This document shows positions 21,727-32,828 of a stretch of DNA of 64,000 bases, piece after piece. Below the pieces are notes generated by a model that did no database searches, was not told the DNA's origin, and worked only from the letters and a program-made list of their open reading frames with translations. A program made the translations under genes and the position numbers. The stretch's first letter is position 1, and every line of letters starts with the position of its first letter. The stretch is from Rebecca billardiae RCC1528. Its lineage: Eukaryota > Protista > Haptophyta. The stretch is taken from positions 62,001 through 126,000 of the forward strand of contig OZ251235.1 in assembly GCA_965240325.2 (NCBI GenBank), read 5' to 3'.

Positions 21727-24700
21727 ATGGGGGGCCGGGGCCATGGCCAGACTCCCCGCTTCCTAGGCGCCAACTTCGGCTCGCCGCCGCAGGTTGCGCC
21801 GAATGGCGGCGATCGGTGTTCGCCGCTGCCGCCATCGCAGCCGGGCGCATCACCGCACAACAGCCGGCGCGCACCACGGGCGAGCAACCTGCTCTTCTCT
21901 CGCGCCCGGGCGCACGACACGCGGCTTGTGATCGTGAGCGATCCTGGGCCGGACCCGGATGACGTCAAGGTGCGCGCTGTTGCCTGACGCGCGGCGATGC
22001 TGCGACGCGCCTCGCGCGCGGTGCGAACTGTGTGCTGCGTCGCAGCTCGGGCACGGCGGCGCCACGGGGCGCGGGCGCGCACCGCCTGGCACGGCACGGC
22101 TGCGCGCTGAGCTTGCATGCGCGCCCATCCTCCCGCGCGCGCAGGCCATCCTCGTCGCCGCCATCCTGCACAAGCAGGACCAGCTCGCGCTCAACGCCGT
22201 GATCGCAAACGGAGGCGGACAGGCGCGAGCGCGCGCGCGGCTCGCGCGGTGCATCCTGGACCACGTGGGCGCGCGCGACGTGCCCGTGGGCGTGGGCTCG
22301 GGCGGGCGGGACTACTCCGCCCAGCCGCACGAGTACAACATCGCCGGCTACCAGGAGGTCGAGGACAGCCGGCTGGTGGACGGGCGGGTGCTGCTGATGT
22401 CGATGCTCAAGCAGGTGCACACACGCGCGCGCGCGCACGCGCGCTGGGCGCGGGGCGCGGAGCGCGGGGCGTGGGGCGTAGGCCATGGGGCGTGGGATGC
22501 GGCGCGCCCGCGCACGGGGCGCTTGCGGCGTGCACGCGGCGTGCACGCGACGCGGTGCTCGCGCGCTGTGGTGCGCACGGGCAGCGCCGGCGCGCCGCCC
22601 GTCCTGCAGCTCTGGGGGAGGGCCGATCCGAGGGGGTCAAGGCCCGCCTCGCTCCTCGCCCTCGTGAGCAGCACGGCACAGGGGCGCAGGGGCGCGTGGC
22701 GCGAAGCGGCGCGCTCGACTGCTCGCTCACCGCTCTGGCCTGCGCGTACGTGCGCGCGCGCGCGCCGCCCGCCCGCAGGCCTCGCTGCGCTCGCTCACCT
22801 TTGTCTGTATCTCGTCGCTGCGAGATCTGGCGGACGCGATGCTGGCGGAGCCCGAGCTGGTCGTGTCCAAGGTCCGGGAGGTCGCGGTGATGGGCGGGCT
22901 GGAGCAGGACTCGGCGAGCGGCGAGTGGCTGCCGGACACGTCGGTGAACAACGGTGCGTGCGCGCCGTGGCGGGGGCGGGCCGGGGCCTCGCCTCCGCTC
23001 ACGCGCGCGCGCCCCGCCTCCGTGCGCCGCGCGCAGGCCTGGACGCCGAGGCGGCGCGCACCGTGTACGCCTTCTGCTTCCAGCGCGGCGTGCCGCTGCG
23101 GGTGGTCAGCCGCTTTGCGGTGCCGATGCTGCCGATGCAGGTGCGGTGGGCCCCGCGCGGCTGCGCGCCTCGCGCGACTGCGCGCCTCGCGTGGCGCACG
23201 GCCCACGCCGCACTCGCCCTGACGGCGCCTCACGCCGCGCGTGTGCGCGCCCGCGCGCCGCGCCGCGCCGCTCTCACGCTCGCGCACGCAGCTGGCCAAG
23301 TCGTTCGCCGACCGCACCAACTGCCCGGTGATGGCGTACCTGGCGAACGCGCAGTTCCTCGGGCTCGAGGGCCTCTGGCAGAAGCTGTGCGAGGGCAAGC
23401 TGCCCGCGCGCTGCACCAAGCAGTGGTACTTCGAGACCTTCTGCGGCGTGGACGCAGACCAGTTTGGCGCCAAGGGCCTCGAGGCGCTCGACGCCTCGGC
23501 GGACATCGTCACGCTGCTCAATGGCTTCGTCAAGCCGTACGACGGTGCGAGCGCGCGCCAGCGGCGGCGGCGCGCGCGCGCGCGCGCGCCGGCGGCGGCA
23601 GCGCCGGCGCTCACACCGCGCCCTCGCGCGCCCTCGCGCGCGCGCGCCGCGTTTGCGCCGCGCCCGCCGGTCTGCGGGCGCCTGGCTCGGGCAGTGGTGG
23701 CCCTGATGGCGGTGCTGCCGCTCACACGGCTCTGCTTCCCGCCCGCGCTCGAGGTCGAGCGCGGCGGCGCGACGCACCTGCTGTACGTGCTCGCCGAGCA
23801 CGCGCCCGACGTGTGGCACGTCCTCAAGCTGCTGCGCGAGACCTACCACGAGGTGGTGATTGCGACGAGCGGGCACGGAGAGGAGGGCACGGCCTCGCTC
23901 GCCGCCTCGAGGCTGCGCGGCGGGCTCACCAGCTCGCAGTGGGCGCCAAAGTCGCCCAAGGGCGGCGGTGCCCCGAGCTCGGCGCGCGAGCTGGCGCGCA
24001 GCTCGCTCCACCGCAGCACCGACCTCTTCGGCGGCGGCTCGCGCCGCTCGTCCGACTCGTCCGTGCGCGACAGCCACGCGGTCGAGCCGATGTCGCCCGC
24101 GGGCGCGCGCGCCTTCCCGGCCGTGCGCGCCAAGGCGGGCGGCGAGCCGATGGGCCAGTACGACGTGGTCGTGCTGCTGCGCCACGCGCTCGACGAGGCG
24201 TCGCGCCGGCAGCGCGCGTCCGCGCAGCCCATCGTGCTCTGCGGCATGGCGCTCGTCGCGGCGTGCGTGCTCGTCTCGATCATCGACGCGCTGATCCACC
24301 CGCGCGCCGACCGCTCGCGTGACGAGGACGCGGCGGTGCGCATGCGGCAGGGCGCGTACAAGGCGGCCGCGTCGCTCTCGACGATCTGCATGCTGCTCGG
24401 CGTGCAGCCCTTCTCCGCGCAGCGACGCACGCACCTGCTCGTCGCGCTCTTCGCCATGTGCTTCTTCGCCGCGCTCGCGCTCATCAAGTGGCTCGGCCTG
24501 CTGGTCGGGATCGGCGGCGGCTGGTTCAAGACGCGCACGGCCGCGGGCGCGGAGGCGGTGCTCGTGCTCACCGCGCTCCAGTCGGCGCTGCCCATCGCCA
24601 TCCTGGGCTGGGCGGTGGTGCGCCACCTGCGTCAGTCGCGCTGGATCCTGATCGCCACGTGGCACTCGTGCGGCGTGCTCGCGCTCTGCGCCGGCGCGCT

Positions 24701-25225
24701 CGACGTGACGCTCGCCGTCGACGAGTGCGTGCACGAAGGCTGCGGCGCGCACCCGGGCTTTGTCGCGCCGATGCTCGTGCTCGGCGCGTGGAACGTGGCG
24801 ATGGGCTTCCTGCTGCTGCACCCGCGGCTGCGGCTGAAGGGGCACGCGTGGCTCTCGCGCGCGCTCTCGACCAGCGGCCGCTACTCGCCGCTCGCGCCGT
24901 TGATAGGCTTCGGCCAGACCGACCCCAACCCCGAGCAGATTGTGGAGCGCGCGTGGCGGATGTGCAACCCCGTCACGCTCGACGGCGGCGCGTTCCGCCG
25001 CCTCTCCTTCTCGCCCACGCCCGTCGGCACCGGGCTGCAGAGCGGCCGCGCGCGGCCGCTCAACGGCAGCCCGCAGCACACGAGCCCGCACGGGGCGCGG
25101 CTGTCCGGCCCCGCCGTCGTCGTCGAGCGCGCCGAGCTCTCGGGCGCCGACTCTGACACGTGCTCCGTGCCCGAGCGCAGGCACTCGGTCGAGCTGGGCG
25201 GGTACCAGCTCGCAGTGCCGCCCTT

Positions 25226-25279
<54 letters not shown>

Positions 25280-26144
25280 GAACTCGCAGAGTAGCGGCGG
25301 CTCGCGCTCGCCCATCCGCGCCGCCATGCAGCGCATCAGCGCGGACATGCTCGGCCGCCGCCCCGCCTCGGAGTGCGGGCTCGCGCGCGGCACGTCCGGC
25401 AGCTCGGCCGCACCCAGCAGCGTCGAGGGCAACAGCGGGCGCAACATCGACCGCGCCGCGCCGCTGCCCGAGGAGGACGAGGACGAGGACATCGACTTTT
25501 ACATCGTGCACTCGTGGCGGGACGAGCCGTCGGCCAAGCGCGGCGCGCTCGTGCACTGGGTGCGCGCGTTCGCCGCGGAGCACGGCCGCTCGCCCGTCGT
25601 GTGGCTCGACGCGCTCTGCGTGGACGCGCAGACGCGCGCGGCCGAGGCGCCGGGCGAGCAGCTCGCGCACCTGCCCGTCCGCCTCGCGCGCGCCAGCCAG
25701 CTGCTCGTGCTCCTCGGCCCGACGGTGGTCGACCGGCTCTGGTGCGTCGCCGAGCTGTACGTCTGGCGCGCGATGGGCGGCCAGATGGAGGACGTCGTCG
25801 TGCTGCCGATCGGCGCGCCCGGCGACTCGCGCGCGACCGCGTCGGTGATTGCCTCCGTCGACGCCTTCCACGTGATGCACTGCGCCGCGACGCGCGAGGA
25901 GGACTCGCTGCGCATCGTGCACGCCGTCGAGCTCGCGGGCGTGTCGCGCGTGAACGACGTGATCCGCGCCTTTTTGCCCGCCGTGCGCGCCGCGTGCGCC
26001 CAGATGGAGAACGGCGGCACGCCCAACGTGGGCTCGCCGGGCAGGTTGGTCAGCAGCGACAGCGGCGAGAACGCGGGGCCGCCGCTCGTCGACCCGGCAC
26101 GCTCGGCGGAGGAGGGCCGCGCGGGAAGCGCGGCGGCGAGCTGA
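21727..26144 (+). CDS. Nucleoside-hydrolase-like / 6TM / TIR-like fusion protein, copy A (exons 21727-21969, 22145-22414, 22779-22953, 23037-23140, 23292-23544, 23695-26144)
   Basis: The spliced product has IVSDPGPDPDDVK, VPVGVG, ISSLRD, VAVMGG, SVNNGLD and KPYD (IU-NH-like), then about 6 hydrophobic helices, then DFYIVHSW..VWLDALC..LLVLLGP...RLWCVAEL (TIR-like). All five introns are GT-AG and phase-compatible. Confidence 0.85.
25227..25280 (+). repeat. (GGC)n coding repeat, about 18 Gly
   Basis: Directly visible in the linker before the TIR-like domain. Confidence 0.95.
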
Positions 26145-26868
26145 CGAGTCACGCTTCGCGATGGCCCCGCGGAGGGGCGGACACAGAATGGACGTTGAAC
26201 GTTCGGCCTACGGGACGACGACCTGTCCGCTGTCGTCACCTGTCCTGAATCTGATGCAGCACTGATCACAGACTGATGCTGACACACTAGATAGTAGATG
26301 ACGATATATATATGATGATTGAGACGCGCGACGACTATATATATAAGCATCAGCAGTATAGTTGCATGTGCACCACCGTCCGCCGGGCCCAGCCGCCGCC
26401 ACGCGGCGCTGTGGCACCTCTGTGTCCTCTGACTGCTAGACTGATATGCATGCATGAGTCAGTATTGTGATGCTGAGCAGAGCGCGCTGTCCCGCAGTGA
26501 CGTAAACTCCCGCGACCGGACGGCGATGATGATGTATCGCCGGCGGCCGGTGACCGTCCGTACGTAGATCCGGCTGCCGCGCGGGGACTCGTCATCAGAT
26601 AGTCAGCAGCATCGTCATACCTCATCGACTTGCGGTGGCGCCGCAACGGCGAACGGGCTGCACACGTCCTGCTCGCCCAGCACCGCCGTCGCCTCCGGCC
26701 CGGCGAAATCGCCGCGCGGCCGAAATCTCAAATAGCGGCAGCATGGGCGCGCGCGCGATGCTCGGTGGTTCGCGCAGCGCTGCCGGCCTCAGACCGGCCC
26801 AGGGCCAGCGGGCACGGCAAGTACCGCGTGATCACGGCCCATCAAACCTGCCCCGGCCTCGGCCCGTC

Positions 26869-29646
26869 TCAGGGGAAGCTCAGCTTGTGCGAGGCGCTGA
26901 GGCCGAGCTCGCGGATGAGGTCGTCGCGCGCGCGCGCCGCCTCCTCGGCCGTCTCGTACATCTTGGTGCGGTGGCGCGCGCCTGCGTGGTACAGCATGCC
27001 GCACCACGGCCTGTTGCGCGGCTTGTCCAGCTTCACCTGGACGCCCGCGAACGGGATGACCGGCGGCTTGCGAGCCTCTGCGCCTGCGCGAGAGGCCTTG
27101 ACCACCTCGCTGCGGCGGCGCTGCTTGAACCAGTTGAAGATGCGCCCCTCGCGCAGGCCGAGCTTCTTGGCGAGCAGGGCGCGCGCGTCCGCCGTCGGGT
27201 ACGGCTGCCGGTGGAAGGAGCGGACCAGCGTCGAGAGCTGCTTCGAGGACAGCTTGTTGCCGCGCGGCGGTTGGTCGTCATCCTCGAGCTCGCCCGCGTC
27301 CTCGCCCGGCTCACTGTCCTCTGCCGCGGACTGCCCCGCGCCCACGGAGGGCTCCTCCTCGTGGTCCTCCTCGTCGTCGTCGTCCTCGTCGTCGTCGTCG
27401 TCGTCGTCCTCGTCGTCCTCCTCATCCTCCTCGCTGTCCGCGCTGTGCGCCGCCTCCGCGCCGAGCTCCTCCTCGCCCTCCTCCGGGAAGTTGAGCGCGC
27501 GCTCGCCCACCAGCCCGAGCTGGCGCACGAGGGCGTCACGCGCGCGCGCTGCCTCCAGCGCGGTGGCGAAGGCCGCGGTGGTGTGCCGGCGGCCGCGGAC
27601 GGTGATCTGGCCGCGCCACGGCTTGGGCCTCCCGCGGGACTTGTCGCACTGCAGGCCGACCAGCTGGGTCGGTGCGGCCGGGGAGGGCGCTTCGGACGGT
27701 GGCGCGCTCGGAGTGACGCTCGGCTCCGGAGGGTGCGCGCGGCCTGCGTGCGCTGCGGCGCACTGCGCGCGCGCATCGCCCTCGGCAGCGCCCGTGGCGC
27801 GGCGCGTGCGCTGGCGGGGCGGCGCCTCGCTCGGCACGTCGTCGTCCGAGCCGGCATCCTCGTCACTGAGGTCGTCGAGCATGTCCACGTCCCCATCGCC
27901 GCCCGCGTCTGCCTCCTTGGCCGCAGCGTCGGCGCGCGACGACGAGCCTGGCGCGCGCGCGGTGCGCATGCGCTTGGCGGCAGGGCGCTGCCGCGCGGAC
28001 ACGTCGGCGTGCGCCGAGCTGTCTGCCGCAGGCTCGCGCGCATCGGGCTCGGCGGCACCGCTCGCCCCGACGCCGCCCGGCATCTCGCCGTCGCCGCCCT
28101 CCGCCTCCGCGCCCGAGTCCGGCGAGTCCGGGAAGTTGAGGCCCTTCTGAGCAACGATGCCGAGCGAGCGCACGATCTCGTCGCGCGCCTGGGCCGCCTC
28201 CACGGCCGTCGCGAAGAACGCCGTGTTGTGGCAGCGCTTCTGGTGCCACACGCTGCCGCGGAAAGGCCTGGTGCGGGCTTTCCCCGAGGTGTCACGGTGC
28301 ACGCCGACGAACTCCGCCTCCGCGCCCGAGTCCGGCGAGTCCGGGAAGTTGAGGCCCTTCTCAGCAACGATGCCGAGCGAGCGCACGATCTCGTCGCGCG
28401 CCTGGGCCGCCTCCACGGCCGTCGCGAAGAACGCCGTGTTGTGGGAGCGCTTCTGGTGCCACACGCTGCCGCGGAAAGGCCTGGTGCGGGCTTTCCCCGA
28501 GGTGTCACGGTGCACGCCGACGAACGGGGCGCCAGGCTGCCGCGCCGCCGGCGGTGACTGCGTCTCCAGGCCCGCGCCCACGCCGGGCGCCTCGCCGCGC
28601 ACGTGGGCGCCCGCGCCGAGCTCGCCACTGGCGCCGTGCGCGGCGCTCGGCTCCTCAGCCGGCGCATCGCCGCTCGTGGCGGCAGGACCGTCCGCGGCGC
28701 GCGCACCCGCGCCACTGCCGCCCTCGTGCGCGCCCGCGAGCGGCTGTGCGGCGGGCGTGACAATCGTCTCCGCCGGCTCCTCCGCAGCGGCGCCATCGCC
28801 CGCGGAGTGCAGCGCTGCTGGCGCCGAGTGCTGCTCATGCTGCGCGCCGCCGGGCTCGTCCGGCCGCGGGAAGTTGAGCGGCTTGGCGTGCTCGAGCCGA
28901 AGCTTGCGCACCACGTCGTCCACGGCGCGTGCCGCCTCCTCGTCCGTGCCGAAGCGCGTCGTGAAGTGCGACTTGCCCTTGACGGTCACGCAGCCGCGCC
29001 ACGGCTTGCCCTTGATCTTCTCCGTCCGCTCGCAGTGCACGTTGACGAAGCTCGTGGTCGGCCTGGGCTCGCTCGCGTGGGCGTCCTCCATCCGCTGCGC
29101 CGCCGCCAGGTCCGCGGCCAACTCCTCGTCGTCCTCCGCCTCCTCAGCGCCCTCCTCGTGGCTGAAGACCAGATCAGTCTGAGTGCATGCGTCCACGCGC
29201 GGCCGACGCCGATGCGAGTTGGGCACGTGGCGGGCGTCGGCGACGTCGAGGAGGTGTCGGCCGGGAGGCGCGGCGCCGGACCCCGCCCGCCCGTCGGCGG
29301 GCGCGCCGCGCGCGCTCGGCTCGCTCGAGGAGGTCGGCAGCGCGTCGCTCGGATCGCGCCGCTTGTGCAGCCGCACACTCGCCATCGTCTGGGGCTGCGG
29401 CTCGTGCTCGGCGCTCAGGTCCAGCGTGAGACGCAGCCGGCACTCGTCGCCACCTTGCGCGGCCTCGGGCAAGCGCGCGGCGATCAAGCCGAACAGCGGG
29501 TGCGTGAGCATGAGGTCGTCGCCGCCCTTCCGGCCGAGCGGGACTTGGAAACGGTACTCGCGCGTCTCGTGCGCGGGCGCGGCAGGCGGTGTCGTGAGCG
29601 CGTCCTGCTCGCGCGGCGTCGCAGCGCTGTCGTCAAAGTGCGCCAT
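26869..29646 (-). CDS. Transcription factor with five AP2/ERF-like domains and one homeodomain
   Basis: Five F(V/A)GV...P(W/F)RG....F.T..EAA.A.D....L(N/S)FP-type units. Homeodomain LSSKQLSTLVRSFHRQPYP...LAKKLGL....IFNWFKQRR lies between AP2 #4 and #5. An acidic tract is present. Confidence 0.85.
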   Translation of the reverse strand: MAHFDDSAATPREQDALTTPPAAPAHETREYRFQVPLGRKGGDDLMLTHPLFGLIAARLPEAAQGGDECRLRLTLDLSAEHEPQPQTMASVRLHKRRDPSDALPTSSSEPSARGAPADGRAGSGAAPPGRHLLDVADARHVPNSHRRRPRVDACTQTDLVFSHEEGAEEAEDDEELAADLAAAQRMEDAHASEPRPTTSFVNVHCERTEKIKGKPWRGCVTVKGKSHFTTRFGTDEEAARAVDDVVRKLRLEHAKPLNFPRPDEPGGAQHEQHSAPAALHSAGDGAAAEEPAETIVTPAAQPLAGAHEGGSGAGARAADGPAATSGDAPAEEPSAAHGASGELGAGAHVRGEAPGVGAGLETQSPPAARQPGAPFVGVHRDTSGKARTRPFRGSVWHQKRSHNTAFFATAVEAAQARDEIVRSLGIVAEKGLNFPDSPDSGAEAEFVGVHRDTSGKARTRPFRGSVWHQKRCHNTAFFATAVEAAQARDEIVRSLGIVAQKGLNFPDSPDSGAEAEGGDGEMPGGVGASGAAEPDAREPAADSSAHADVSARQRPAAKRMRTARAPGSSSRADAAAKEADAGGDGDVDMLDDLSDEDAGSDDDVPSEAPPRQRTRRATGAAEGDARAQCAAAHAGRAHPPEPSVTPSAPPSEAPSPAAPTQLVGLQCDKSRGRPKPWRGQITVRGRRHTTAAFATALEAARARDALVRQLGLVGERALNFPEEGEEELGAEAAHSADSEEDEEDDEDDDDDDDEDDDDEEDHEEEPSVGAGQSAAEDSEPGEDAGELEDDDQPPRGNKLSSKQLSTLVRSFHRQPYPTADARALLAKKLGLREGRIFNWFKQRRRSEVVKASRAGAEARKPPVIPFAGVQVKLDKPRNRPWCGMLYHAGARHRTKMYETAEEAARARDDLIRELGLSASHKLSFP
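28099..28524. repeat. In-frame tandem duplication, 2 x 213 bp (one AP2 domain each)
   Basis: 28099-28311 and 28312-28524 are identical by eye except for two substitutions. Confidence 0.95.
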
Positions 29647-29907
29647 CGGGGCACGTCGATCTGGGCGCGCCGTCGCGTTTCGCCGCGGGTGAACGCGGGA
29701 GAGGCGGGCCTGCGCGAGTGGGCCGGCGGCGGCCTTTGCTGCTTGGCGCGCACTCGCCAGCGCCGGCGCGGCGCGCGCACGTGCGGGAGTCGCGGGCTCG
29801 CCGCTCGCGAGCGGCTGCCGCGTTTTCTCGTCCGGAAACACTGCTGTGGTCTCAGGGTCCGGGGTTCCAGCTGCGGGCGCGCGGGGGCGCTCAGGAGAGG
29901 ACTCATC

Positions 29908-31128
29908 ATGGACGGCCCGCCGCCGCCCGCCCAAGCGCACGCTGCGGGCCTCCTCGAGAGCCTGCACGACGACGACCTGGAGGTGGTTCTGCTCCGAACG
30001 GACACGCCAAGTCTCGCGCGTCTCGCGAGCACGTGCACCAAGCTCCGCGCCATGCTGGCCGAGCCCTCCCTGCTCCGGCGACTCGTGCATGTGCGTGGCT
30101 TTTCGCCGGGGCGCGCGCCGGCTGATGCAGACGAGGACACGGCCGCTGGGCGGGCGCCACACTTTCACTTGAGCGCGGATGTGGTGGATTCACTCGAGGG
30201 CCTCGCCATCCTGGAGGCCCTGCGCGCCGAGCCCCTGGGGGGCAGCCACCTCGTGTTCCATCTCGCTTCCTTGTCCATGGTGAGCGAGTCAAAGGAACTC
30301 CTCAGCCGCTACGCCGAGCTGCTCCGGCGGCACCCGCGGCTCACGGTGCGTATCGACTCGCACACGGGCGTGGGCGCGCCCTCGCGTATCCACGCCTCCC
30401 ACAGCGTGCGTCGCGCCGTCGTCGCCGCCCGCGCCCTCGCCGCGCATGACGTCTCGATGGAGCGCATCTCCGCATGCGCGTGGGGGTACCGCGTGGCTCG
30501 TCAGCATGACTGGCCGCCCACGACGAAGTACGCGCGTTGCGAGCTCTTCCTCACCCTGCCCGCCGCACGCAACGCGCTGGGCCCCGTCGTCGCGCCCACG
30601 CCCGTGGCGACGACCGCGCCCGCCGTCGCGCCGGAGGCTTCGGAGCCGGAGGCGGGGCCGCAGCCGCAGCGGCCGCAGTTTGACCGGTCGCGCTGCGCGC
30701 CCTCGTGGCCCCCTTACTACGAGGGCGTGACCCCGACGAAGGACCTGTGGACCGTGTGCGAGGAGGCTGACAGCGAGGACGACCTCGCTGGCGTGGAGAG
30801 CGACTACAGCAGCGACGACGAGCCGGGGCCGGGCGGCCACTTCATCAACCCCATCCTGCACCACCTGCACGGGCTGTTTGGTGGGGCCAACGGCCCTCAG
30901 CTGAATGGCGTCCCCATCGGGATCCACGACTTTGTGGCGCTCCTCCAGCAGCAGCACGGGGCTGGGGTCGTCCCTGGCATCGCAGGCTTCCCCGCGGATT
31001 CGGATAATGACGAGGACAGCAACCCCGCCTCCGACGGCGGCGGCGGCAGTGACGATGATGACCAGGACTACCAGCCCACCAGCCCTCACCACAGCCCGGA
31101 TGGCGGGCATGGCGATCACTCGCAGTGA
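29908..31128 (+). CDS. F-box-like plus OmpA/MotB C-terminal-like domain protein
   Basis: LESLHDDDLEVVL...SLARLASTCTKLR is F-box-like. VFHLAS...LLRRHPRLTVRIDSHTG...SVRRAVVAARAL...VSMERISACAWG...RCELF is OmpA_C-like. Confidence 0.65.
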   Translation: MDGPPPPAQAHAAGLLESLHDDDLEVVLLRTDTPSLARLASTCTKLRAMLAEPSLLRRLVHVRGFSPGRAPADADEDTAAGRAPHFHLSADVVDSLEGLAILEALRAEPLGGSHLVFHLASLSMVSESKELLSRYAELLRRHPRLTVRIDSHTGVGAPSRIHASHSVRRAVVAARALAAHDVSMERISACAWGYRVARQHDWPPTTKYARCELFLTLPAARNALGPVVAPTPVATTAPAVAPEASEPEAGPQPQRPQFDRSRCAPSWPPYYEGVTPTKDLWTVCEEADSEDDLAGVESDYSSDDEPGPGGHFINPILHHLHGLFGGANGPQLNGVPIGIHDFVALLQQQHGAGVVPGIAGFPADSDNDEDSNPASDGGGGSDDDDQDYQPTSPHHSPDGGHGDHSQ

Positions 31129-32828
31129 CGGACTCGGAGGCCGGCCCGATGGCCACGGTGGCAGCGATGGGAGCGAGTGATGACTGTACCGTGCGACTGG
31201 TGTTGTCGCCTGCGCGGGCATGGACGATACGCGCCGCCGCTGATTCGAGCTCCCCGGCGCCGCGTGCCCACGGACGACCGCGAGAGCCGTGCGGCCGAGT
31301 TGGTCAGCACGGACGGCGTCACGGTGCTAAGTGGCGCGCGGTGCCCAGGCGGCCCCCCAGTACGCGGTTGCATGCGCCGCCGGCGGAATCTGACTCGCCA
31401 CGTGCCTGAACGCGCTGAAGACAGCTGGAGTGCCAAGTGAAGGAATGAAGACGCAGTGGCGGTGAGCCGGCGCCGCGGTCCAGGCGCGGTGTCGTTGCAC
31501 CGCGCTGCCGGCGCCCCTCCGCGCTCGGCGCTCGCGCGGCAGCGCCGGCAGCCTGTGCCGCCCCGCATGCAGACTGCAGAATTTGCAGCAGCAGCAGGGG
31601 ATTGCCGCGCCTGCTGACTCGCGTGAGTGACGATATGAGTCGACGGCTGAGTAGCAGCGCGCGTGACACTGCAGTTCGGGCGACAAATTGACGGTGATGC
31701 GGCGTTCCGCGTTAGATAGAGTCGGACGGCTCGCCAGTCGCCGGCCCGGGCCGCATGCACTACGCAGCCTCCGTAGCTTAAGCTAGACGAAGTCCGACGT
31801 GAGTTAGTCCGTGAGGGCAAGAGGCTGTGCTGGTTAAGCTACGACTGTCTAGCGAGTGCGTCAGTCAGTAGGCCGTTAGTTATAATTCACTTGATGTCAT
31901 CAAGGACTCAATGATACTCAATGACGACACGCCACAGACCGGGTGGTCGACAGGACACTAGTCACTAGTCACTAGCCCAAGGGCAAGCATAGGGCAAGGC
32001 CCCGTTGAACTAGTGAAGGCCCGGTCGCGCCTCGCAGCGGGTCGGCCGGGCCTCGCGGCCGAGTCACGGCTCGCCGCGCGGTCCGACGGACGCCGCGGCC
32101 GACTCGCCCCGGTCCGGCCGCGCCTCGCCGACTGATGCCGCTATATACGGGTGCCTGCTAGTGCTGCTGCAGTGCCGCGGGGGCGACGCGCACGCACCGT
32201 CTCCGGCGACCGGTGCAAGGCTGACTGACACTCGGGGCTCAGCTGAGCACTGAGCAGCAGTGACGACTAACTGACTGAGCATACCGATACGGAGCCTGCA
32301 TCGTCGGTCTGCCGATCCCGCGGAGGCCGGAGCCCCAGGCTAAATCATTCACGCCCGTGCCGCCTGGTAATGGTATGCCCGTATGAGCCAATGAGGCCGA
32401 CAGAGAGTGAGACCTGGGGCTGGGCGGCAGCCTGGGGCCGTCACACTCGTCGGCAACGTTCAGCTTGAACTTCCTGTAGCCTGTTCATGATTGGCGCGGC
32501 GGTCTCATTCTCCCATGTGTTGCTGGTCAGCTCGATACGCTCGCCCATCTTATCATCCAGCGTCTCCTTGAGCATCTCGCCAAACTCGATGGCCATCTCC
32601 TCCATGACCATCTTCACTCAGCGCCCGCGCTGATGCCTGATATTGGATGAGTGGCAGACCCGTGTCGCCACCGACGGTCCAGCCGGCGAGGAATGACGAT
32701 GGCCGGGTTGCGTCACCGTTCTCGCGCAGCCAGCGCGCCAGCTGCCCACGCGCTCGGACCGTGCTCAGAACGCAGAAGCGCACATGCGCGCCCAGGTCGA
32801 CGCTGGCGCACGGCGGCGAGTCACTGAA

